Source of the DNA: Escherichia coli
GTDB lineage: Bacteria; Pseudomonadota; Gammaproteobacteria; Enterobacterales; Enterobacteriaceae
Assembly (NCBI RefSeq): GCF_041886205.1
Contig: NZ_CP169029.1
Reading direction: 5' to 3' (one strand)
DNA length: 64,000 nt
Shown here piece after piece: positions 28,993 through 37,852 of this stretch (positions within the stretch are counted from its first letter, which is position 1; the number at the start of each line of letters is the position of its first letter). Below the pieces are notes generated by a model, which had not been told where the DNA came from, did no database searches, and saw only the letters and a program-made list of their open reading frames with translations. The position numbers and the translations under genes are program-made.

Positions 28993-29990
28993 CCCCTGAA
29001 TCCTGCTGGGATCTGGCTGTAGTCCACGTTGTCGTAACTGGCTTTGAAGTACGGGTCTTCGCGTTTTTCTGTGTACGTGCTGACGGACGGCGATAAGCGC
29101 AGGGAAAGCTCATCCCATTTTTCCCGCAGCTTCGACGGGCTGAGCACGTTACGGCACCAGAACGGATCGCGGCTGACGCGGCTGTACATCTCGCAGATTT
29201 GTTTGTGAGTACGACCATCCTGCACACACATCAGGCGAATTTCGTTTGCCCAGGCTGTCCAGTTCGGTTCTTTGGGACGAACCACCTCGCCGTCACATTC
29301 GGCAGCCTGCTCGTACAGGGCGATGATTTTTTTCCAGAGCCACTGTGCGCAGGTCAAATCATCCTGCGTCCCCCACTGGCGCTTTTTAGGGCTGAATACA
29401 ACCGCATCAGGATGGCGAGTTAAAAAATCCTGTTCAGCCGTCTGCGTGTCCGGTTGCGAAGAGTCCGGACGAGAAGGTTTTTTATCTGACGGATCATGTT
29501 TTGATTTTACTGACGGATCCCCGCCAGATTCTGACGGGTGAAAACCCGCTTTTTTGCCAGATTTCGACGCATCAAATTTTGACGGGTCAGATTTTGATGC
29601 GTCAGATTTTGACGGGTCAGATTTTGATGCGTCAGATTTTGACGGGTCAGATTTTGATGCGTCAGATTTTGACGGGTCAGAATCTGACAGTTGAGAAAAT
29701 GCCGCTGCCTGAAGCTTCGCAACGTTAAGCTGATAAACATTCGACGCATTGCGGTTACCCTGGCGACGCGCCTTACGCGTTAACCAGCCTTCTGCTTCCA
29801 GCCGTGCGATAGCCGTTCTGACGGTACTCATCCCCGCGCCAATCTGGCGTGCAATGGTTTCAATTGATGGCCAACACACACCTTCGTCATTACTGAAATC
29901 AGCCAGGCGGGCCATAATTGCCACGCTGGATAGCTTCATGCCTGACGCAGCGCAACCATCCCATACATAGCCGGTTAATTTAGTGCTCAT
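28989..29990 (-). CDS. Replication initiator-like protein with internal iterons
   Basis: 333 aa; N-terminal HTH-like segment; central (DASKSDPSKS)n repeat encoded by tandem DNA repeats. Confidence 0.55.
   Translation of the reverse strand: MSTKLTGYVWDGCAASGMKLSSVAIMARLADFSNDEGVCWPSIETIARQIGAGMSTVRTAIARLEAEGWLTRKARRQGNRNASNVYQLNVAKLQAAAFSQLSDSDPSKSDASKSDPSKSDASKSDPSKSDASKSDPSKFDASKSGKKAGFHPSESGGDPSVKSKHDPSDKKPSRPDSSQPDTQTAEQDFLTRHPDAVVFSPKKRQWGTQDDLTCAQWLWKKIIALYEQAAECDGEVVRPKEPNWTAWANEIRLMCVQDGRTHKQICEMYSRVSRDPFWCRNVLSPSKLREKWDELSLRLSPSVSTYTEKREDPYFKASYDNVDYSQIPAGFRG
29521..29690. repeat. Tandem direct repeats (30-bp unit x3 perfect plus degenerate flanking copies): candidate replication origin iterons
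   Basis: gacgggtcagattttgatgcgtcagatttt repeated at 29581-29670, partial copies either side. Confidence 0.65.
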
Positions 29991-29999
29991 GACCGACCT

Positions 30000-30338
30000 C
30001 TATTTCCCTGAATTTACGACGAAACTGTTCGAGCGGGCTGAAGCACTCATGCTCATAGCCTTCGCGGAGGTAGATAACCCGTTGTGTTTCCGGTTCCCAA
30101 CGAATGACTCTGACGGGCACTCCGTAGTGATCTTTGAACCAGCGGTTAACTTGTTGCAAAGGACTGTCTCCTTCTGCCGGTTGAAATCACCCACAGCCCA
30201 CTCTGCAAAGCTGTGGGTTACAATTTCCCTGTCACCTGGTACATTCACTGCATAGCAATACTCCACCTTCGCTTTTCCACCCGGTACAGGAAGCGCAATC
30301 AGTTGCGAGCGACGGTAGTGTGTTGTTAAACTGTTCAT
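30000..30338 (-). CDS. Hypothetical protein
   Basis: 112-aa ORF filling gap between regulatory gene and replication gene with 4-nt overlaps. Confidence 0.35.
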   Translation of the reverse strand: MNSLTTHYRRSQLIALPVPGGKAKVEYCYAVNVPGDREIVTHSFAEWAVGDFNRQKETVLCNKLTAGSKITTECPSESFVGNRKHNGLSTSAKAMSMSASARSNSFVVNSGK

Positions 30339-30919
30339 GCGTTAGTTTCTCCACAACCAGAAGCAATCGACGCCACGACGCCCGGAGCTGCACACTCGCG
30401 GGCGTTACTCTTTTCCGGCGCACAAAAAACACGAAATAACAGTGTTAAATGCTCCTGCCACTTCGCCATTACTTGGTAGCTGTTCTCTTCGATTTGCTCA
30501 CGCTCAGCCTGGTCAATAACTCCATCAGCAGTTGCCTTGCGTAAGTACTGGGAATGCTTGCCAATCCATTCTATTGACTCCATCAGCCGCTGATTAATGT
30601 CACCATTGTCAATGTCATCAATGACCACCAGCGGCACAAACACCCCATTACTACGACGGGCTATTGCATCTGTTACATGCCTGGTACCACTGGCATCCTG
30701 TAAAACCATGGCCCACTCAAGTGGAAAAATTTGATCCCCACCGCTACGCAGTCTGTTATGCAATTGATCTTTTGCTGGGGTGATATCATCAGATTTATAC
30801 AAACCAAGAATTTCTGCTGCTTCCTCATAGCCATGAGGTAAATCAGCAATCGTTCTTCGTATTGCTGCCACCAGCCATGCTGGTTGTTTATCAACTTTCC
30901 ATTCAGGTTCTTTACCCAC
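30335..30919 (-). CDS. Early regulatory protein in CII position (YdaT-like, uncertain)
   Basis: 194 aa directly downstream of Cro-like gene. Confidence 0.35.
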   Translation of the reverse strand: MGKEPEWKVDKQPAWLVAAIRRTIADLPHGYEEAAEILGLYKSDDITPAKDQLHNRLRSGGDQIFPLEWAMVLQDASGTRHVTDAIARRSNGVFVPLVVIDDIDNGDINQRLMESIEWIGKHSQYLRKATADGVIDQAEREQIEENSYQVMAKWQEHLTLLFRVFCAPEKSNARECAAPGVVASIASGCGETNA

Positions 30920-30946
30920 GGTTAATTCCTCATTTCTGTGGTGTTT

Positions 30947-31144
30947 TTATGCCGCAGCACTGTTAGTCTTTTGATATAAAGACACGTCAACTTTCAGTTT
31001 CCCGTTAGTAATTTTTTCTAACTGGTACGCTCGGCCTTCAGGAATAATCTCAGGCCACTCTGAAACAGACGGATGCTTAATACCTAGGGCTTCGGCGGTT
31101 TTACAAACTCCGCCGAAATAATTAATCACGTCGGATTTCCGCAT
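30947..31144 (-). CDS. Cro-like HTH regulator (YdaS-like)
   Basis: 65 aa; divergent from CI-like repressor across operator region. Confidence 0.65.
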   Translation of the reverse strand: MRKSDVINYFGGVCKTAEALGIKHPSVSEWPEIIPEGRAYQLEKITNGKLKVDVSLYQKTNSAAA

Positions 31145-31239
31145 TTCTGTCTCCCGTTAAATTACGTTAAGCAGAAATGTAGGATATCCAACATGCAAAT
31201 GTCAAGAATCCTACATGGGCATGTGGTAGGATTGCCTAC
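31145..31239. promoter_or_regulatory. OR-like region: 18-bp palindromic operator (31177-31194) inside PR (-35 TTGACA at 31200-31205, -10 TACATT at 31176-31181 on minus strand) plus further half-sites
   Basis: atgtaggatatccaacat operator repeated three times around the repressor gene; promoter hexamers 18 nt apart. Confidence 0.6.
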
Positions 31240-31893
31240 ATGATGAACATGAGTGATCGTATTCGCCAAAGGCGAAAAGAACTGAACCTGACACAACAAG
31301 CACTGGCTGATTTGACTGGTGTGAACCGTGTCACGGTTACTGGATGGGAAAAGGACGACTACCAACCAAATGGAGCCAACCTTCAAGCCCTAGCCAACGC
31401 ACTTAAATGCGATCCTCTGTGGCTTGTTAGCGGAAAAGGCTCGCCTGAACCAAAGATAAATCTAAAACCTGAAATATTCGCAGTTAAAAAAGTCCCCCTA
31501 ATCTCGTGGGTTCAGGCGGGTTCATGGACAATGACGGAGCCTGGTGTCAGGAAAGAAGATGCTGAAGAGTGGGTTTATACTACCGCCCTTGTATCAGAAA
31601 TGGCATTTGCACTACGGGTCCGTGGTGATTCAATGACCAATCCCCTCGGCTCACCATCGATACCAGAAGGTTCTATCGTTATCGTAGAGCCAGATATTAT
31701 TGATACAGAGTGTATTAACGGAAAAATCGTTGTTGCCCATATCAATGGTGGGCAAGAAGCGACACTCAAAAAATTTGTTGAGGACTGGCCGAACAGGTAT
31801 CTCGTCCCACTAAATCCTAACTATAAAACTATTGAATGCGGTGAGAACTGCAGAATAGTTGGTCTTGTCAAACAAGTAATAATGGATTTTTGA
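31240..31893 (+). CDS. CI-like repressor (HTH + LexA-like S24 autopeptidase domain)
   Basis: 217 aa; N-terminal HTH (RRKELNLTQQALADLTGVNRVTVTGWE); C-terminal GDSM serine and downstream Lys typical of S24. Confidence 0.85.
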   Translation: MMNMSDRIRQRRKELNLTQQALADLTGVNRVTVTGWEKDDYQPNGANLQALANALKCDPLWLVSGKGSPEPKINLKPEIFAVKKVPLISWVQAGSWTMTEPGVRKEDAEEWVYTTALVSEMAFALRVRGDSMTNPLGSPSIPEGSIVIVEPDIIDTECINGKIVVAHINGGQEATLKKFVEDWPNRYLVPLNPNYKTIECGENCRIVGLVKQVIMDF

Positions 31894-31955
31894 CACATCT
31901 TCCTCACTATCGCAAAACCGGGGTATCCCCGGTTTTTTTATGAGCCTATCTTTTT

Positions 31956-32009
31956 ATGTAGGATAACCAACATAAACTCTTGACACTCACATGTTGGATA
32001 TCCTACATT
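31956..32009 (+). promoter_or_regulatory. OL-like region: two 18-bp operators (31956-31973, 31991-32008) bracketing PL (-35 TTGACA 31980-31985, -10 TACATT 32004-32009)
   Basis: atgtaggataaccaacat and atgttggatatcctacat; same promoter-operator arrangement as OR. Confidence 0.6.
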
Positions 32010-32352
32010 TGTTTTTAGAGTTGTGGTGAATGCGCAGGCTGATGCGCGAAAGACATTGCAGCTATTGCGGAAAAGAGCTGTTCGGCGGGGCAATTAAACG
32101 CCCGTGAGAGTCTGAAATAACCGCAAGCCGGAGATCAGCACCGGTCACCACAACAGCCACTGCTTTGGCGGTACCAGTTTGTACACTTGCTTCCGGCTGG
32201 TACCGCTCTTTTTACAAAACAGAGAAGAGCATCACCGGACGACGGGCTCATAACCCAATCCATCCGGGCGGCTGCCACCGCAGGTGTTCTTCTCTGTTTT
32301 GTGGAGAAACCAACCGACCTTACAGGGTCGATATGATGAGGAGCAGCAAAAT

Positions 32353-32713
32353 GGCTAGCGAACGCAGTACTGATGTGCAGGCATTTATCGGGGAGCTGGA
32401 CGGCGGCGTATTTGAAACCAAAATCGGCGCTGTTCTCAGTGAAGTCGCTTCCGGTGTGATGAACACGAAAACCAAAGGTAAGGTCTCGCTCAACCTGGAA
32501 ATCGAACCGTTTGATGAGAACCGTGTGAAAATCAAACACAAACTCTCATATGTTCGCCCGACTAACCGCGGGAAAATTTCCGAAGAAGACACCACCGAAA
32601 CGCCGATGTATGTCAATCGCGGTGGTCGCCTGACTATTCTGCAGGAAGACCAGGGACAATTACTGACTCTTGCCGGTGAACCTGACGGAAAACTCCGCGC
32701 AGCAGGTCATTAA
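32353..32713 (+). CDS. Hypothetical early protein (YfdP-like size; start uncertain)
   Basis: ORF-track ORF 32165-32713; shortened to internal Met to give ~120 aa. Confidence 0.35.
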
Positions 32714-32778
32714 TATCGTTCTTAATTAACTGATTATTTATCTCATCACTGAATATCTTTATATAGTGAGGACTTATT

Positions 32779-33603
32779 ATGTCTCAGAACTTAGACGCAA
32801 CCGCAATTAATCAAATCCATGCTCTTATTTCTGCTCAGGGTGTTAATGAAATTATCAGTAAGATTGGTGCCGATGCTGTGGCATTGCCTGAGAATTTCCG
32901 CATTCATGATCTGGAAAAATTTAATTTAAATCGCTTCCGTTTCCGTGGCGCGCTTTCCACTGCCAGCATCGATGATTTTACCCGTTATTCTAAAGATCTT
33001 GCAGATGAAGGCACCCGCTGCTTTATCGATGCTGATAATATGCGTGCCGTCAGTGTGCTTAACCTGGGTACTATTGATGAACCAGGTCACGCAGATAACA
33101 CCGCCACTCTCAAACTGAAAAAGACAGCACCGTTCTCTGCTCTGTTGTCTGTTAACGGCGAGCGTAACTCCCAGAAGTCACTGGCAGAATGGATTGAAGA
33201 CTGGGCCGACTACCTTGTAGGCTTTGATGCTAATGGTGACGCTATTCAGGCAACAAAAGCGGCTGCGGCTGTCCGTAAAATCACGATTGAAGCAAACCAG
33301 ACCGCTGATTTTGAAGATAATGACTTCAGCGGCAAACGCTCCCTGATGGAGTCTGTCGAAGCGAAGACCAAAGACATTATGCCAGTGGCATTTGAATTTA
33401 AATGCGTTCCGTTTGAAGGTCTGAAAGAACGTCCGTTTAAATTACGCCTCAGCATTATCACTGGCGATCGTCCTGTACTGGTTCTGCGCATTATTCAGCT
33501 GGAAGCGATGCAGGAAGAAATGGCTAACGAATTTCGTGATCTGCTTGTTGAGAAATTCAAAGACAGCAAAGTAGAAACCTTTATTGGTACTTTCACCGCC
33601 TGA
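32779..33603 (+). CDS. DUF2303-like early protein (YfdQ-like)
   Basis: 274 aa; size and position relative to HD-domain gene match CPS-53 yfdQ-yfdR arrangement as recalled. Confidence 0.45.
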   Translation: MSQNLDATAINQIHALISAQGVNEIISKIGADAVALPENFRIHDLEKFNLNRFRFRGALSTASIDDFTRYSKDLADEGTRCFIDADNMRAVSVLNLGTIDEPGHADNTATLKLKKTAPFSALLSVNGERNSQKSLAEWIEDWADYLVGFDANGDAIQATKAAAAVRKITIEANQTADFEDNDFSGKRSLMESVEAKTKDIMPVAFEFKCVPFEGLKERPFKLRLSIITGDRPVLVLRIIQLEAMQEEMANEFRDLLVEKFKDSKVETFIGTFTA

Positions 33604-33731
33604 TTTCATTACTGCAAATGCCCCTGCGGGGGCATTTATGGAAACGTAATTAACTCAATAATCACCGGATGGTGAGAGCTTCCTTTTAGCAGAATTCAGC
33701 GCGGTGCAGCGCATATAAAGTGGAGAACGAA

Positions 33732-34268
33732 ATGTCATTTATTAAAACTTTTTCCGGGAAGCATTTTTATTATGACAAGATAAATAAAGACGACATCGTG
33801 ATTAACGATATCGCAGTTTCCCTTTCAAATATCTGTCGCTTTGCAGGACATCTTTCACACTTCTACAGCGTCGCCCAGCATGCGGTGCTTTGCAGCCAGC
33901 TGGTACCGCAGGAATTTGCTTTTGAAGCGTTAATGCATGATGCAACAGAAGCATATTGCCAGGACATCCCCGCTCCACTGAAACGCCTTCTTCCTGACTA
34001 TAAACGGATGGAAGAAAAAATAGATGCCGTAATCCGTGAGAAATACGGGTTACCCCAGGTTATGAGCACGCCTGTGAAATATGCCGATCTCATCATGCTG
34101 GCAACCGAACGCCGCGATCTCGGGCTTGATGATGGCTCTTTCTGGCCTGTACTGGAAGGTATCCCGGCAACAGAGATGTTCAACGTGATTCCACTGGCTC
34201 CAGGCCATGCCTACGGGATGTTTATGGAACGCTTTAACGAATTATCGGAGTTACGCAAATGCGCATGA
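33732..34268 (+). CDS. HD-domain 5'-deoxynucleotidase-like protein (YfdR-like)
   Basis: HD motif (H...LMHDATEAY); ~178 aa from MSFIKT. Confidence 0.6.
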   Translation: MSFIKTFSGKHFYYDKINKDDIVINDIAVSLSNICRFAGHLSHFYSVAQHAVLCSQLVPQEFAFEALMHDATEAYCQDIPAPLKRLLPDYKRMEEKIDAVIREKYGLPQVMSTPVKYADLIMLATERRDLGLDDGSFWPVLEGIPATEMFNVIPLAPGHAYGMFMERFNELSELRKCA

Positions 34269-34771
34269 ATGTTTTCGAAATGGAAGGATTTCTTCGCGGG
34301 AAATGTGTACCGCGAGATCTGAAAGTGAATGAAACGGATGCTGAATATCTGGTGCGTAAATTTGCTGAAGCGGAGGCCAAGATTTCGGCTCTGTCCGAAG
34401 ACCAGCAGAGAGCGATTGAGTCAATTAAGCAGGCTGATGCAGCTGTAAAGTTGACACACGAGAAGTTTTCGGCGCTTGCGGCGGAGAATGAGCTGGCTCG
34501 TAAGGCAGTTCAGGCATTCTGCGATGTTGTTGGCGACAACACCGAGGTTATCGCTGAGGTGGTTGGGAGAGATGGCGTTCTGGTTATTTTGGAGGCCATG
34601 AAGGCAACAGGAAATATGCCTGCCACCGATGCTTTCCTGACTGAAGTCCGGGCGCATGGCGTGGAGATGGCTATGGAGCATATGCAGTCGAGCGGTTCGT
34701 TAACATTTGGAGATTGCTACATATCACTTAACGAGTTCGCCGCCCAGCTTCGCAAAGGAGGCGACCAGTGA
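34259..34771 (+). CDS. Hypothetical early protein
   Basis: 170-aa ORF overlapping neighbours by a few nt. Confidence 0.35.
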   Translation: MRMNVFEMEGFLRGKCVPRDLKVNETDAEYLVRKFAEAEAKISALSEDQQRAIESIKQADAAVKLTHEKFSALAAENELARKAVQAFCDVVGDNTEVIAEVVGRDGVLVILEAMKATGNMPATDAFLTEVRAHGVEMAMEHMQSSGSLTFGDCYISLNEFAAQLRKGGDQ

Positions 34772-35175
34772 GCAAGATTGACTATCAGGCACTGCGTGAG
34801 GCGGCAGAGAAAGCCGGTGAAGATAAGTGGCAGGCTAAAAAAATAAATGGTGATTTTTTCGTTATTCGTCACGGTAGTTATACAAGACAGCATGGCTACA
34901 CATCGTATCAACCCATTGCGGAGATTGATTGTAAGCCAGTCCGGGATTTTGTTGCCAAGGCTAATCCGGCTACCGTGCTGGAATTACTGGATGAACTGGA
35001 AGCAGCAAAAAAGCGCATAGCAGAACTGGAGGAGCGGGAAATACTGCTCCCGGAACGTAGCAGCATGCTTCATCGAACAGATTTTCACGATGATTACCAA
35101 ACGGTAATGGCATACAAAGTTTCTGAAGTCATCGATGCAATCCGCGCTACTGGCATTCGCATCAAAGGAGAGTGA
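34768..35175 (+). CDS. Hypothetical early protein
   Basis: 135-aa ORF, overlapping start. Confidence 0.35.
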   Translation: MSKIDYQALREAAEKAGEDKWQAKKINGDFFVIRHGSYTRQHGYTSYQPIAEIDCKPVRDFVAKANPATVLELLDELEAAKKRIAELEEREILLPERSSMLHRTDFHDDYQTVMAYKVSEVIDAIRATGIRIKGE

Positions 35176-35176
35176 T

Positions 35177-35440
35177 ATGGCAACTTTGACAAAAAAGGAA
35201 CAGGCATGGTTGAGCGAATTACAGAACGTTCTTGATCGCTGCCCGTCACCGAAAAAAATTGGTTTTTACACCATTGGCGATAAAAACATTTACCTGTATG
35301 ACCTACGCCGCATGGATGAAATCATGGAGGCTCTTGATAATCGTTCGTCAATGGATTGGTGTGTTGCTGTCCATGATATGAATGCCGGATTTGAAGAAAA
35401 GATTTTGTTCCCCTCGTCAGTTGAAAGCACAGCGGGTTAA
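35177..35440 (+). CDS. Hypothetical early protein (start at MATLTKK with GGAG RBS)
   Basis: ORF-track ORF 35135-35440 trimmed to Met with RBS. Confidence 0.3.
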   Translation: MATLTKKEQAWLSELQNVLDRCPSPKKIGFYTIGDKNIYLYDLRRMDEIMEALDNRSSMDWCVAVHDMNAGFEEKILFPSSVESTAG

Positions 35441-35450
35441 GGACTAACAC

Positions 35451-36467
35451 ATGACAACGTTCACCGACAAAGAACTGATTAAAGAAATCAAAGAGCGCAT
35501 AGGCAGCCTGGACGTTCGAGACAATATTGAGCGCCGGGCTTATGAAATAGCGTTAGCCTCGCTGGAAGCAGAACCGGTGGCCTGGCTGCATTCAGACAAC
35601 GGCTTAGGTATTCCGGCAATAACCCGGAGTAAAAACATTGCTGACAGTTGGTTATCGAATGGCTGGTATGTTCAGCCGCTATATATAGCCCAGCCAGTAC
35701 CGGTAATTCCTGATGAGGTGTTGTCCGCAATCCGGGAGGTTGCCAGGATTCGCGCCGATTTCGATGATTTTGACGGTGACAGGCGAGGTATCGGTGATTG
35801 TCTGGATGAGGCCGAGCAAGAGCTTATCGTTACCATTAACAAATATGCCAGTCAGTTGGCAGTAGAGCCGGTAGTGCCTGCTGTTCTGGAACGTTTGCGA
35901 ACCATTGTAGCGGACCCACGCGCATTACCTCGCAGAAAAGAATGGGTTAGTGGGCAGCAGTACAGTTACGTACTTCTCGAAAACGTAGAAGCTATGGTTG
36001 ATGAAGCCTGCCACGCTGCCATGCTTCAGGGTAGCCAACCTGTAAGCCAAACTTACAACTTGCCAGAATTAATCGAAGGCATGGAAGTTTCCATTGATGT
36101 AAGCACTTGTGATGCTGATTTAGGTAATCGCTATTTCGGCACCGTCACCGAGGCGTTAGAACTTGATACAGCCAAGAATGGTTACATCCTCCTGGTTCAG
36201 GACGCAGAGCCAAACTTCGATGTAAATGGCAACTCTCCGGGAACTCCGGATAGTTGGATAAGCTGTAGTGATCGAATGCCTGAAAAGGGCCAGAACGTGC
36301 TTATTTCGGTGAATTTCGATAGCTCTCTGGTTGAACCGCTAATATGCTCCGCACGCTATACCGGAAGCACCTTTCGGCGCGGAGATGCAACGATTAAGCC
36401 GGGTAATGGTATTGAGCAAGCAACTCACTGGATGCCGCTACCGGAACCGCCGCAGGAGGTGAAGTGA
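35451..36467 (+). CDS. Early protein with C-terminal DUF551-like domain
   Basis: 338 aa; C-terminal ...ATHWMPLPEPP motif. Confidence 0.35.
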   Translation: MTTFTDKELIKEIKERIGSLDVRDNIERRAYEIALASLEAEPVAWLHSDNGLGIPAITRSKNIADSWLSNGWYVQPLYIAQPVPVIPDEVLSAIREVARIRADFDDFDGDRRGIGDCLDEAEQELIVTINKYASQLAVEPVVPAVLERLRTIVADPRALPRRKEWVSGQQYSYVLLENVEAMVDEACHAAMLQGSQPVSQTYNLPELIEGMEVSIDVSTCDADLGNRYFGTVTEALELDTAKNGYILLVQDAEPNFDVNGNSPGTPDSWISCSDRMPEKGQNVLISVNFDSSLVEPLICSARYTGSTFRRGDATIKPGNGIEQATHWMPLPEPPQEVK

Positions 36468-37039
36468 TGAACAACTTAATGATCGACCTTGAGACGATGG
36501 GGAAAAATAAGGATGCACCGATCGTTTCCATTGGCGCGGTGTTCTTCACTCCAGAAACTGGAGACATCGGACAAGAATTCTATACGGTTGTTAGCCTGGA
36601 AAGTGCTATGGGGCAAGGAGCTACACCTGACGGCGATACCATCCTGTGGTGGTTGAAACAAAGCCCTGAAGCACGAGCTGCAATCTGTATTGATGATACT
36701 TTGTCGATCAGCGATGCTCTCTCAGAACTAAATCATTTCATTAACCGGCACGCAGCCAATACGAAATATTTAAAAGTCTGGGGTAACGGGGCCACCTTCG
36801 ACAACGTAATTTTACGTGGAGCTTATGAGCGAGCAGGACAAATCTGCCCGTGGGCATACTGGAATGACCACGATGTACGCACGATCGTTACGCTTGGGCG
36901 TTCCATCGGATTCGACCCCAAAATGGACATGCCTTTCGATGGCGAACGGCACAACGCCCTAGCCGATGCCCGTCATCAGGCAAAATATGTTTCCGCTATC
37001 TGGCAGAAATTAATTCCTGCCACCAGCACAGAATTATGA
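36464..37039 (+). CDS. DEDDh-type 3'-5' exonuclease
   Basis: 191 aa; MIDLETMG (D-x-E), internal acidic motifs and H-x4-D (HNALADARH). Confidence 0.65.
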   Translation: MMNNLMIDLETMGKNKDAPIVSIGAVFFTPETGDIGQEFYTVVSLESAMGQGATPDGDTILWWLKQSPEARAAICIDDTLSISDALSELNHFINRHAANTKYLKVWGNGATFDNVILRGAYERAGQICPWAYWNDHDVRTIVTLGRSIGFDPKMDMPFDGERHNALADARHQAKYVSAIWQKLIPATSTEL

Positions 37040-37075
37040 TTTTCCCGGGTGCAGCCGGTTTTGATGGAGAAAATT

Positions 37076-37348
37076 ATGAATACCTTGTTTTTACTGATGG
37101 CTGAATTCAATACCCCTAACATTGAACTCTCAGCAGTTAGCCAAAAGTACTTTGGCATGAGTCCAGCCACGGCAGAAGCAAAAGCAAACGCTTGTAAGTT
37201 GCCCGTTCCAACATATCGCATCGGCACATCACAAAAAGCAAAACGTTGCATCAATATTCAGGATCTTGCGGAATACATAGACAAAAGGCGAGAAGAAGGG
37301 CGTGCTGAGTGGGAAAGGGTCAGAACCCATAAACAAAGGCTCATTTAA
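37076..37348 (+). CDS. Small DNA-binding protein, excisionase/PrtN-like (uncertain)
   Basis: ~90 aa from MNTLFLL; FGMSPATAEAKANACKLPVPTYRIG resembles PrtN-type HTH as recalled; last gene before element terminus. Confidence 0.35.
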   Translation: MNTLFLLMAEFNTPNIELSAVSQKYFGMSPATAEAKANACKLPVPTYRIGTSQKAKRCINIQDLAEYIDKRREEGRAEWERVRTHKQRLI

Positions 37349-37356
37349 ATAGAATA

Positions 37357-37388
37357 TGAATAAACCCATCCAAAGATGGGTTTATTCA
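37357..37388. terminator. Bidirectional hairpin terminator between convergent genes
   Basis: tgaataaacccatc-caaa-gatgggtttattca, 14-bp perfect stem. Confidence 0.6.
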
Positions 37389-37852
37389 TAATGTTGAAGA
37401 GCAGCGAGTATCAGTTTTTTATGCCGTTTAACCATAGTTTTAGATATCTCAACTGCACATCGAACTTGTCTCATACAATGATCTGTAATGCGACCTTTTA
37501 GCACGTCACCATATTGGATGGCTATTTTCTCTTTAATAATTTCAAGATCGAAAGCAGCATGAGCCTCAATGCAATTAACAAATGAGTCCCATTTAAGAAA
37601 ATCATGGTCCTCTCTATTAATTTCGACCTGACAAGCCATAAGATCATTGTTTCTCTTAATAAATTCATTTATATCTGAATTTATTAGAAGAACTAAAAGA
37701 GGTTCACAGCAAACAACCACCATATATTTTACTTTAGGTGGGGTCGTAAAATCACAATGAAGATACAATACATCACCGGGTGATATACCTCTTTCACGAC
37801 TAAAATTAGCCTTAAAATCAGGAGGGAAACAATCACCCAGCATAAGTATCAA
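37382..37852 (-). CDS. Unknown 156-aa protein, downstream partner of Panacea-domain gene (candidate toxin/effector)
   Basis: 4-nt overlap with upstream gene; no recognisable family by eye; no predicted TM helix. Confidence 0.4.
   Translation of the reverse strand: MILMLGDCFPPDFKANFSRERGISPGDVLYLHCDFTTPPKVKYMVVVCCEPLLVLLINSDINEFIKRNNDLMACQVEINREDHDFLKWDSFVNCIEAHAAFDLEIIKEKIAIQYGDVLKGRITDHCMRQVRCAVEISKTMVKRHKKLILAALQHYE

Noticed and set aside
29581-29670. Tandem 30-bp repeats that could be mistaken for a CRISPR array
   Set aside because: Repeats are directly adjacent with no spacers, lie in frame inside a replication-initiator ORF and no cas genes are nearby; interpreted as ori iterons.
30150-30200. 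Inverted repeat cacccacagc...gctgtgggt inside ORF 30000-30338, considered as terminator
   Set aside because: Not followed by a T-run on either strand and lies within a coding region; at most a regulatory hairpin, unsupported.
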